NCBI GenBank assembly: GCA_964016885.1
Contig: OZ024749.1
Location: 17,236,001-17,300,000 of the forward strand
Length of the DNA stretch: 64,000 nt
From: Eledone cirrhosa
Lineage: Eukaryota
Direction: 5' to 3'
The translations under genes were made by a program, and so were the position numbers. The notes under the pieces were generated by a model. The model ran no database searches. It had not been told where the DNA came from and worked only from the letters and a program-made list of their open reading frames with translations. Below, piece after piece: positions 38,581-51,705 of this stretch (its first letter is position 1; every line of letters starts with the position of its first letter).

Positions 38581-39145
38581 GCACGCACGCGCACATACGT
38601 AGTCGCTCATGTACATATATAGAAGGTATACACACATTAAGGCGTTCAGCCACATTGATACAGGGTGTAAAAAACTTGTGGATAAGTAAGTACAAATATA
38701 AAATTATAAAATTGTAAGATTGGCTGCGCAAAAATAAAAAATGAAATATATCTGGAGTGGAAAACACAAATGACAAGTGTAATCAGTTAGTGAAGGAAAT
38801 AGGGAAGTAAAAAAATGGAAAGTGAAAATATTAGGTAAGTGAATCGGAGAATAAAGGGGGGGGGGGGTTATTGGTGGATGTGAAGTAAAAATAAAAAAAT
38901 AATAATATATAAAAATAAAAATAAAAATAAATGAAATTAATGATAAGGATAAAAATGAAAGTAAATCAGAAAAGGTAATTATAAAGAGAATAATAAGGGT
39001 TTATGGAGGATAAGTATCTGAAAGTGTGTTAAGCTTATATGAGCTGGAAAGCAGGTGTGATTTCATGTGTGGGCAACTGGTGAAAATTTCCGTCTTTGTG
39101 TTCAGGCAGGTCTTTGGTGATTTTAGATTTTGCAATATCCAATAT
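37636..39145 (-). mobile_element. PLE 3' fragment with hammerhead-bearing end
   Basis: 39000-39145 is homologous to 28696-28840 (GIY-YIG C-terminus). HHR at 37736-37813; the end abuts (TA)n. Confidence 0.75.
37736..37813 (-). ncRNA. Type I hammerhead ribozyme
   Basis: Minus strand: ATTGCCTCGT-CTGACGA-A-CGAATGA...TCATTCG-G-GAAA-CC tct GG-TA-ATGAGGTAAT; 10-bp stem I, 7-bp stem II, GUA triplet. Confidence 0.85.
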
Positions 39146-39212
39146 TGCAATATATATATACAAGTGGAAGCTTATATATATATACATATAGTGCATATAT
39201 ACTGTGCATAGT

Positions 39213-39933
39213 GTAGAAAAAGAACTGGCATAAATTCCATAAAATGTACGCAATGCAGATCTTGGGTACACAAGAGATGTAGTGGGATAGCAGGCAAATT
39301 AACAGGTAGGGAAAACTACGTATGCAGTAGATGTACAGGGAAAGTTGGCAGTAATAATCACTGTGATAGACACATTTTTCAAATGCAGGCGGGTTCTATA
39401 GAAGTGGTTGATAGCTTCCGGCACCTAAGTGATCAGATTAGCAAGGGAGGGGGGCTGCTCCGAGGCCATAGTATGTAGAATAAGGACGGGTTGGAAGAAG
39501 TTTAGGGAGCTGCTTCTTCTGTTGACAAAGAAGGGTTTCTCCCTGCATACAAAAGGCTGGTTATATGATGCCTGTGTGAGATGCGCGATGCTGTATGGTA
39601 GTGAGACATGGGTATCAACTGCAGAGGATATGTGACGGCTGGAGAGAAATGAAGTAAGCATGCTCCGTTGGATGTACAATGTGCGTGAACGCCCAAGCTT
39701 ATTTGAGTTGAGAGAGAAACTGTGTATAAAAGGGATAAGTTGTGGTGTGCAGGAGAGAAGACTGTGTTGGTATGGACATGTGATGTACATGGAAGATGAC
39801 CGCTGGGTAAAGAAGTGCCAAGAAATCCCAGTTGAAGGAAGACGCAGTAGAAGAAGACCATGAAAAACATGCGCTGAATAGGACGCGTCCCACAATTGCA
39901 AGCAGGGAAAAGTGGATGTAAAATGATGATGAT
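39213..39933 (+). mobile_element. Decayed RTE LINE 3' fragment
   Basis: RIRTGWKKFRELL...LYDACVRCAMLYGSETW and MLRWM...ERRLCWYGHVM; short GAT tail. Confidence 0.85.
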
Positions 39934-40080
39934 ATATATATGTTGTGATGCCACTGGTGCCAACCTGTATCTGCCATTGCCTTTCCCTTGGACATCATCA
40001 TATATAGTGTATAATATATACTGTACATACTGTTTATATAATATATATATACATATAGTGTATATATACTGTACATAGTG

Positions 40081-40124
<44 letters not shown>

Positions 40125-41313
40125 GATGTCACTGCTGCCAAACTGTATCAGCCATTGCCTTTCCCAATATAATATATACTGTACACAGTGTATATATAAT
40201 ATATATATAGTGTATATATATGTTGTGATGTGACTGGTGTCAAACTGTATCAGCCATTACCTTTCCCTTGGACATCATTGGTGGCGTGGAGAGGGAGACT
40301 GGTATACCTGGGTGACTGCTGGTCTTCCTCAAACAACCAGACTTGTGCCTCAGAGGGGAACTTTCAAGTTGCAAATCACATGGTCATTCGTGACCGATGG
40401 GGGTCTACGATATGTTAGGTGTGTATATAGTAATAGGTGTATATATAGATGTGTATTAATGTCCATGTGGGAGTCATTGATACCAATGCTAGGGAAGGCT
40501 GGTCTTCTATATTACTGCATAACACCAAATATCTCGATCCTGGGTCATTGTCTTTGAGAAGTGCAATTGTGTGAGGTCTCCAGGACGTATGGTAGAATTT
40601 TGAGATTTATATTAGGGAAAAAGTAACGTCTTCGATGCACTGAAATATGGTAAAAATGTGAAATTTCCACTGTTAAATCTATCTCTGTATTTTAAGTATT
40701 CTCTATTATCTCATGCTGTTTCTTTCTTATAAGTCCTATAAGAATGAAGTTTTGGCTAAACTGCCATACAGCAACCTCCGAAGAGATAGAAGGACATAAT
40801 TTATAGAGCATGCTGGAATACCACTGCTTACATTGGAGAGAATTACTCTGGACAGGAAAGTTGATATTTACAGTTTATCAATATTGAAATATAAAATTTC
40901 CACTGTTAAATCTATCTCTGCTTCTTAAGTATTCTCTATTATCTCATACTGTTTCTTTCTTATTTCAGAATATCAGATGATATTGGGATAAATTATGATT
41001 TTCAATCTTGGATATATCACCTCTATTTATCATCATTTGAAGACTAAAACTTTTTAAACGCAACTTATATAACACTGTTTATATAAATCTATAGTTCAAT
41101 TACTGTGAAATATTTCCTCAAAACTGAGTTTATTTTCTTCACTATGTGATGATTTTAACTAAACTTGGATAAAACATAAGTTTGTATTATCTTCAGATAT
41201 TAACTGAAATTACAGTTGAGGGAAATATAGAAAAAGAAATATTTTATAAGAAATATAATATAAAAAATATTACAAGTAAAACATTTGTATATTCTGTTGA
41301 AGAAGAAATCATT

Positions 41314-42514
<1,201 letters not shown>

Positions 42515-42854
42515 CCTAACTACTCACAAGCTTATACATACAGAAGAAATCATAACATTGACATCAGTAATAAATCATTCCCTTAAATTTGTGAATTAAT
42601 TGTTTCTACTTTTGGCACAAGGCCACCAATTATCCTGTGTATTACTGGTACTTTATTTTATCGACCCCGTAAGGATGGAAGGCAATGTTAATCTCGGCGG
42701 GATTTGAACTCAGAATGGCAAGGGGCGTAACTCTGTGCATCAAAGCATGGTGTCCGACCATCTACCGATACTGCCAATGAGAATACAAATACATATCATT
42801 TTGACAATTGAGGGAAATCGTTACATTAACTACACAAACATATACATACAGCTG

Positions 42855-43260
42855 GGAAGCCATATCACTTTGATATATTTAGTAAATCATTCTCTAAATG
42901 TTGTGGCTTCACTAGACACTAACATCTACAGGAGAGGAACCATATCACTATGATGTCTGTGGTAAATCATTTTCTAAATGTTGTGGCTTCACTAAACACC
43001 AACATACACATACAGGAAAGGAACCATATCACTGTGATGTCTGGTAAATCATTCTCTAAATGTTGTGGCTTCACTAGACACTAACATCTTCAGCAGAGGA
43101 ACCATATCACTGTGATGTCTGGTAAATCCTTCTCTAAATGCTGTGGCTTCACTAGACACTAACATCTACAGGAGAGGGACCACATCACTGTGATGTCTGG
43201 TAAATCCTTCTCTAAATGTTGTGGCTTCACTACACACTAACACATACAGGAAAGGGACTA
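42855..43260 (+). repeat. ~78-bp tandem repeats derived from degenerate zinc-finger coding units
   Basis: About five copies of CCATATCACTGTGATGTCTGGTAAATCATTCTCTAAATGTTGTGGCTTCACTAGACACTAACATCTACAGGAGAGGAA, containing stops and deletions. Confidence 0.75.
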
Positions 43261-43579
43261 GATCAATGTGATGTCTTGTAAAGGTTACTTGATGCAACAC
43301 AAACACAATTAGACAAGATAAAAATCATGTCACTCACCCAAAATAGTGCCATTAATGTTAATATTTTGAATAAAACTGTTTTACTGAGAAATTCTTCTTT
43401 CATTTTATTTGTAGAAGTTGTAACCAAGAGTTTTGCTGTCAAAACTGTATGGTTCAGAATTTACACACGCTATATATATCTAAATGTATGTGTGGAGAAA
43501 TTTGTGTCCATGTATATGTTTGTATATAAGTATGTGCATATCTCTATTTGATTTATTTGATTATGTGTGTGTATATGTA

Positions 43580-45290
43580 CGTCATCTTCATCAACATCAT
43601 CACTGTTTTTATGTCCGTTTTTCCGTGCTTCCTTGGGTTGGACAGGTCCTTCTCAACATGGCATCTTTCAACTCGTGTTCCTTTGTCATGTCCTCTGTGA
43701 GAGTCAGTGATTTGAAGTCAGTTCACACAGCCAGGTTTTTCTTGGTCTACCTCTACTATGGCTTTCTTCTACTGGTATTTCCTGGCACTTCATCACCCAG
43801 TGGTAATTATCCATGGGCATCACATGTCCGTACAAACACAGTCTTCTCTCTTACACAACACTTCAGATCACTCTTAAACCCAGCTTCTTCTTGAACTTGT
43901 CCAAGCTCTTACATATCCTCTGCAGTCACAGCCCTTGTTTCGTTACCATGCATCATTGCACATCACCCACATACAGTCATCATTTTGTAGAGAGAGAGAA
44001 ACCAGTGGAGGTAGGTGTTCTGAAAGTACAGTAACCAGAGTAAGAACAAGATGGCAAAGGTTTAGGTTGCAACTACTGTTGCTAGCTACAAAAGGTTGTT
44101 TCATCAAATTGATGTCTGCATATGAACAGCAATGCTGCATTGCAGTGAGATCTGGGCGGTGTGTGCAGAGGACGTCTCAAGATTGGATAGAAATGAAGCT
44201 TGAATTCTCCAATGGATGTGTAATATTAATATACGTGAAGAACAAAGTGTCAATAATCTGAGAGAGAACCTGGGCATGAGCGGGATAAGATACAGTATGC
44301 AGAAGACAGATTGCTGTGGTATGGATATGTGATGTGTATGAAGGTAGAGATGTATAAAAAGTTGACCACTTGAAATTGATGGTAGCGGAAGACCTAGGAA
44401 AGCTTGGGATGAGGAGGTAAAAACTGACCTGACACCATTGTACCAGGTGATGACACAGGATTGAAATCTCTGGCGTTGTACAGTACTGCAGGAGACCTGC
44501 ATTCCAATGTCCTCGGAATGAAACAACATTTAGTGGTTTGAAGTGTACACCAATTTTCCTCCTCTCCACATCTTAACACTCCACCCCCTTACCAGCTAAG
44601 TACACCACCCTGACCTACCTCCCAAATCCTCACCCTACTTACACACAAACCTACTTTCACATCTGATACACTTCTCTTGACCAACCCATGTATACAAGTA
44701 TGGAAAGCTTAACATGCTCTCCTCCAATGTTGCTGAAATGGCTAAAATCCCTCAGGCAACCATGTAAGGTGGTCATGCAGGTGTCATGACAAGAGAGTAC
44801 CAAGTCCTCTCTGTTAGTTAACATGACAAAAGAACACCTAACCCTCCCTGCAAGGTAGTCATGCTGGTGTCATCAGAAATAAGCACCAAGTCCACCCTGT
44901 GAGATAGACATGACAGGAGGCCCCTAGCCCACTCTATAAAGTGGTCATGCTAGTGGCAAGACTGAAAGGACCCGAAGCACCCTTCAAAGCAGTCAAATTG
45001 GTGACGTGACAAAGAACACCGTCTGCTCTGTTAGGTGGTGGTCTTGATGGTTAGACAACGAAAATCACACAGTCCGCCCTGTAGGTTGGTCATGTTAGCA
45101 ACACAACAATAAATGCCAAGTCCCCCCTGTAAATGTGGTTAGATTTAGGAAGGGCATCCAGCCGTAGAAATCAAGCCAGAAATGTTTCTGGCATGAGCCA
45201 GACAGGGTCATTTGATCTAACTTTTCACACAACAGGACAACTCGTCCGAGCCATGCTAGCTTGTGAAATGGAACTTAAACTGTGATGATG
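43580..45290. mobile_element. Old RTE fragments in divergent orientation (minus ~43580-43975, plus ~43990-45290), with tandem repeats in the 3' UTR
   Basis: GGRCSESTVTRVRTRWQRFR and GRPRKAW remnants on +; reverse-strand remnants with a CAT tail; GGAAGGGCATCCAGCCGTAGAAA is shared with the 3' UTR at ~37375. Confidence 0.75.
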
Positions 45291-45495
45291 TATAATATAT
45301 GAATATACACGTATATATATCATTATCATCATCACCGTTTTACGTCCGTTCTTCCACGCTAGCATCGGTTAGACGGGTTGTCCTGTTGTGGTCAGTGTCC
45401 GGTCAGCTGACCTTGTCTTGCTCATACGGTCCGAGAAGTGAACTCACAACATTTCGATTGCAAGCCCAATGCTCTAACCACGAAGCCATGTGCGC

Positions 45496-45580
<85 letters not shown>

Positions 45581-45684
45581 TGTGTGTGTGTGTGTATATA
45601 TATATGTGTGTGTATATATATATGTGTGTGTGTGTGTGTATATATATATGTGTGTGTGTGTGTGTATATATATGTGTGTGTGTG

Positions 45685-45739
<55 letters not shown>

Positions 45740-45748
45740 GTGTGTGTG

Positions 45749-45827
<79 letters not shown>

Positions 45828-46644
45828 GTGTGTGTATATATATATATATATATGTGTGTGTGTGAAGACTAAAATCGGGAGGGGGCTCGATAAGGATAAC
45901 ATATATATATGTATATATAAGCCGTAGAGCAACTATTTATTAAAATAATGAGTTGCAGAAGATCCCGTTAAAGGTGAAAGCAACGATTCTTGGCTTAAAG
46001 AGAGAGAAGGAGAATGATATTTTGACGGTCTTCCAGTTTATTCCGAAGTCTGAACAAAAGATTTGCTGTTGATTGTATAACTAAACTTTGGAGATTTTAA
46101 ACAAAAAAAACTAAGTTGTAATGGATAATATCACTACTATTTCTAGCAGTTAGAGAGATTACGTAGAGGTTTTCTTATTGATATATAATTGATATTTTAC
46201 TGACGGATACTTTCTGATTTACAAATAATTAAATACGATTGGAACTGTATCTGAATGTATTAAATTATATCAGGGACTCTTAACGTATGACACCGGTACG
46301 AGAGTTGAAACATTCTCAACGATACCGGGTACCTACTGTCTTCATTATAACTTTAATTAATCTAATTATATCTTGTGTAACAATTATATATATATACCCA
46401 CTCTACTACCCTAAGTATTGAGTACTTTGGTGCGTTATGGTCCATCAGGTTCCTTACCACATTTCCTTCGCTATATATATATATATATATATAAACGGAA
46501 AAAATGAAACGAAATTTCATTCCCCACTCTTAGTACGGCTGTTACTTAAATATAAGTATGTACACGTACATACATATATGTATACCGACGTAGAGTAGTA
46601 TGTATATATATATATACATACATGCACACATATATATATGTACG

Positions 46645-48638
46645 TATAACAAAATACTGGTATGTATGAATGTAACAAGGACGATTGGTTTGTGTGTATA
46701 ATATTTAATTAACAATTTGTGGATATATAGAACAGTATAGTTGCCATGTCAATGAATAGATGAAAGAATGAAGCAAAGTTATTAGTTACCGCTTGGTTGC
46801 CAGGTGCACGCGCCTGAGCGAAGACTCCTGGCGAAGGCCAGGAGCCGAAAAGGCGAAATGAGATATAGGGAGCTTAACGTTAGTTTTATAGGGTTCTGAC
46901 CGGAAGTTACAGAAAGGGTTCTACTTCCTGTCTAGAGAGCGTTAATCTATTGGGGATGTGAGTGTCACAACAAGGGAAGCAACTCCTGCTACATTACTTC
47001 CTGCCAGATTTTTAAAATATAAAAATCGAATGAAATATGTATGTAGCAAGTTGGCGAGAATGTTGTAACAGGCATGAAAATTACGAAAAAAAATAATGTT
47101 TGAAAATATCAATGATGGATATCAAGGTAGCCAACCGCTCTTGGCCAGAGAACGACTGGACATCTATCTTTCCATCACCCAAAGATACAATGTAACAAAG
47201 AAAGAGAAGAGCTCAAAGTTCAAATGTACAAAATATAGTTCACAGGTGTGCAATCACATGACAGCAGGAAAGAAAGTGTGTTCCAGAGAATGAATGCAGG
47301 TGGTTTCTGTTCTGTGGTATATCGTGAAATTTCCAACCTCCGAATGGACTTTTTCACAGGAAGAGTGCTGCAAAAATAAATTCTCTGGCTTGTTCTGCTG
47401 GTTTTGGTTGTTGATGAAGCTGTGTTGCTGTTGATGTTGTTGTCTCGCGGAGTGAGCGTATTCGATGTTTAAATTCACAGTAAAAAAATTTAAAAAAAAA
47501 AATGAGTTGCGCAAAGTGCTAGAAATAACAGCCGAAGTTGAGAATGCGTTGACCTGGAAGGGTCAAAAGGCCAGCGACCAAAGAAATAAGCATTCTGAAT
47601 AAATGCACAGTTTTCAACGGCAAATTTACGTGGTAAATTTTTACACCGGCAAATAGAAGAATATAGCTTAAGGCTGGAGAATCCTTGGCGAGAAACGTTA
47701 TCTATGGCGTGCGGCTATCTCTGTGAGTCGAGAAATCCTGCTGCCTACACGTGCCAAAACAAGGTTAAGTTGAAAACATAATATTTCTAATGCGCGAGAA
47801 AACGGCGCGAAAATGATAATGCAACAGGTCGTTGGCAGCCATTTTGAAAAAATGTGTGTGTGAAAGTGACAATGATGAAAAAGAAAGAAAGGCTTCACTT
47901 AGCATAACAAATATGGCGAGTTCAATTTGTTTTTTTTTAATTTTTGGTGTGAACTTTGAAAAAAAAACTTGAACGATGAAGAAAACGATGAAAAAAAGGT
48001 AATGGTTGAGGTTCATCGAAAATAAATGTTCCTGTTGTAATGTTTTAAAAAAAAAATCAAATTTTTTTTTTTTTTTTTTTTTAAAGTGTTCGTTGTAAGA
48101 AACGAGAAACATATATATATATCGTGAAATGCGACAGTTAGTTGATGCGTGAGAGAAAAAGTATGTCTGAACGCGAATTTCACATGTGCGTGGTGTGTTC
48201 GTTTCTTAGTTGCGTATTTTCATAGTTTGTCAATAAAATTTTGCTGTGTATTCGTAATGTTACTCACACAACACCAGATTCTGCTATCTTTTTTTTTTTC
48301 GGGGTCACCACTTATAACAAAATACTAGTGTGTATGAATGTAACAAGGACGATTGGTTTGTGTGTATAATATTATAGTATAGTTGCCATGTCAATGAATA
48401 GATGAAAGAATGAAGCAAAGTTATTAGTTACCGCTTAGTTGCCAGGTGCACGCGCCTGAGCGAAGACTCCTGGCGAAGGCCAGGAGCCGAAAAGGCGAAA
48501 TGAGAGATAGGGAGCTTAACGTTGTTAGTTTTATAGGGTTCTGACCGGAAGTTACAGAAAGGGTTATACTTCCTGTCTAGAGAGCGTTAATCTATTGGGG
48601 ATGTGAGTGTCACAACAAGGGAGGCAACTCCTGCTACA
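46645..48638 (-). mobile_element. Non-autonomous LTR retroelement (LTRs 46645-46993 and 48313-48638; 4-bp TSD TACG; tRNA-Trp PBS)
   Basis: Direct repeats read TGTAGCA...TGTTATA on the minus strand. TGGTGACCCCGA lies 2 nt inside the 5' LTR (48299-48310) and is complementary to the tRNA-Trp 3' end. TACG occurs at 46641-46644 and 48639-48642. No gag/pol ORF inside. Confidence 0.85.
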
Positions 48639-48836
48639 TACGTATGGATTCACCGAACATTTATTATAATGCTCGGTGAGTTTGTAAACAAACATCCCGT
48701 ATCAAGCCGTAGTGTCTAGCAACCATCGCTGCTCGTTTGTTCAACACTGAATAAGGAACGCTGTACTAGTTTCAAGCTTATTAACTATCGTCAGCAACGT
48801 ATACCTTCCTGCCAGATTGTTGAACGTATATACTTA

Positions 48837-48877
<41 letters not shown>

Positions 48878-48902
48878 TTACCTATATATATATATATATA
48901 AA

Positions 48903-50800
48903 ATAAAGTTAAATAAAAGTCAAATGATTAAAATTTAGCTTCGTTTATTACTGCTATATATATTTCAGTGACAGCCATCTTTGGCTGTGACCTCTTCAGG
49001 CAGTTTGAATTAGTATGGTATAGACAAGTACATATGTTGTTTAGGTGTATAATATTGTCAATACTCTGATATGCCCAGTTCCTTGTTGGGTTGTTATTTC
49101 ACTGAGGAACTGGAGTCATATGAATTCAAACAAACGAATTTCAGTGTCAAAAGTCCTCTTCTCCTCTCACTGGTCAGTTATTAGAACATTCCTCATTCTA
49201 AGTGTTGTTATTGTTGGAGTTAGCTTAAAAATTGATAAAATGGTAGAAGGGACAAGGTGTTAAAGGAACAAGACCTGAACGAGACCCTCGAGATACTAAG
49301 AGGTGGAAGCGGCCTTGATAAACCTCAGAACCGACTTCTTCGGGACATGCAGACACCTTAGAGCCGGGACCTTTCTCAAGATATATGGACAGTAGCAACA
49401 CAAGAAGATGTGAACTCCCCTCAAGCTATAGGGACTTCTACAGAACATGAAAACACCTCTCGGCCAGACCTCCCTCAAGCTATATGGGCAGTAACAACAC
49501 CCTAGGTTGTGAACTCCCCCCAAGCCATAGGGAACAACCCAGGCTGAGCAGGCACCATGATAGCCTAGAGATAGAATCGGACACATCCATTATAATTTGG
49601 CCAACATCTATATAACACAAACACTTTTAATTTACTAGATTTCTGATTTTCAAGTCCCAATCTTAAATCTTGATTTCTCTTTATTAATTTGTTATTTGTT
49701 TTCTGCCCTCTTCACTGTATCACCTTATATTTATTTTTAAGTTGAGATTGATTATAACACAAACACATTTAGTTTGATTATCTCATCTTAACATCTTGTC
49801 TCATACCAATCTATCCAACATATTCTGACCTTGAGATTGGTTATAGCACACACACACTTTATCCTACATTATTTCTCACTTCTCCATATTCATTTTCATT
49901 ACTTTTTCACCAATTTTTCATTTATTCTTTATTCTTTATTCTCTATTTATTTATTTATTTTCAAATTATACAAATTATATTAATTATTTTATTATATTAT
50001 TTATTTATTTTCTGTTTTCTTCATTTATTGCCTTATATTTCTTCATATACATGGAAGAATCCCCCCCACGACCACCACCACCACTATGATGGTGGCAGGA
50101 GGGATGAAGAAAAAACACACACTGGATACTTCTAAATTGTTAGCCACAGCAAGATATAAGCTGACCACAACACCAACAACACTACCAAAATAATGGTAGA
50201 GGTCAAATGTACTGAACAATAGCAGGCAAAAACACTACAGGGAGCCTCACCCCAGAAAGAATTCTATAGACTTCTGACTGAGGAATGCTCTCAGAACTGA
50301 CCAATGGGAAGTTTGACACTTTTTTTGTTATTTTGTTCCTTTAACACCTTGTCCCTTCTACCATTTTATCAATTTTTAAGCTAACTCCAACAATAACAAC
50401 ACTTAGAATGAGGAATGTTCTAATAACTGACCAATCAGAGGAGAAGAGGATCTTTGACACTGAAATTCGTTTGTTTGAATTCATATGACTCCAGTTCCTC
50501 AGTGAAATAACAACCCAACAAGGAACTGGGCATATCAGAGTATTGACAATATTATACACCTAAACAACATATGTACTTGTCTATACCATACTAATTCAAA
50601 CTGCCTGAAGAGGTCACAGCCAAAGATGGCTGTCACTGAAATATATATAGCAGTAATAAACGAAGCTAAATTTTAATCATTTGACTTTTATTTAACTTTA
50701 TATTACACTACTCCGGAGTAACCAAACCAACCTGCGCACTTCGTCGAGTGCTCCAGCCTGCATACTCAGGTGTTGGTATACAACCATCATATACTCAAAA
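48903..50800 (+). mobile_element. Inverted-repeat PLE-type insertion (369-bp arms 48903-49271 and 50333-50701), each arm with a hammerhead
   Basis: The arms are near-identical reverse complements around a ~1.06-kb spacer with no long ORF. The outer ends meet (TA)n at ~48900 and ~50800. Confidence 0.85.
50600..50654 (+). ncRNA. Type I hammerhead ribozyme (mirror copy on minus strand 48950-49004)
   Basis: ACTGC-CTGAAGA-GGTCACAGCCA aaga TGGCTGTCACT-GAAA-TATATA-TA-GCAGT; palindromic ATATATAT stem III, AUA triplet. Confidence 0.88.
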
Positions 50801-51705
50801 TATATATATATATATACATATACACGCACACACAAATTTCTTTCCCCGACATCAGTCCAATAGAGGGACCAGCAGTGCTAGTTGAAGGTAGTATAATAAG
50901 TAAAGCAATCAAAGATATGAAGACGGACAAGGCGGCCGGGCCTTCAGAAATAGTTGCTGAAATGCTGAAAACATTAGGAACGGTGGGACACACTACGGTC
51001 ATATCTATTCTTACTTTACAATTGTGTCTACTAAGAGTTCCATTACAATCTGTAGTAGTAAAACTACTATTTCACCAGAACATCTGCTATCAGTCATTTA
51101 TAGACAATATATATATATGTTAGACCACATATCAACCTAATATATATATATATTTCCTATCAAATCTGTAGCTAAAGACATAAAGTCAGCCTCACTACTT
51201 CATTCTGACAAGATATCAATTTATGACTAAAGATGAAGAAGATACACCAACGTTAATGTCGTGAAATAAAGCTGATAACATCTTTGAAACATCTAATTTG
51301 ATAACAAAGAGATTATTTCTTTGGTTGTTTAGTAAAGCCTAACAACACAACACATTCATTATACCTGAAGGAGGTAAGTTGACAAAGATTTACTGAATGT
51401 CTATATTAATGTGTGTAAATAATATAATTATGTGGACCCTACAACGATCCAGTAATTATATACAAATGAAAATATATATAACAACATTAGAAAAATATAT
51501 TTCTTCCTCCACTTTTATATATAGAAAAAAAACTTCCAAACTGAAATGTTGATGTGTTATTTTTCAATTAGCAGATTCCACTGTTACATGTGATATAAAA
51601 TATATTGTTATCATTACTGTCTTTCTTATTTAAAATACCTCCGTCTATATTTCAACCATTGGAACAACCTCAAACAAGAAACAGTTGTCGCACCCTCAGT
51701 CAACA

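Noticed and set aside
45950-45997. HHR-like CAGAAGA-TCCCGTTAAAGGT-GAAA (related copy on minus strand ~22225-22270)
   Set aside because: The core is mutated in both copies and stems I and III cannot be formed convincingly. It is at most a dead remnant and was not counted.
46811-46860. CTGAGCGA-hairpin-GAAA in the LTRs, suggesting a plant-type LTR retrozyme
   Set aside because: There is an extra nucleotide in the core and no NUH with stems I and III; it is only a hairpin.
49045-50559. Twin 72-aa ORFs on opposite strands
   Set aside because: They result from the inverted arms, have non-ATG starts and show no recognisable domain.
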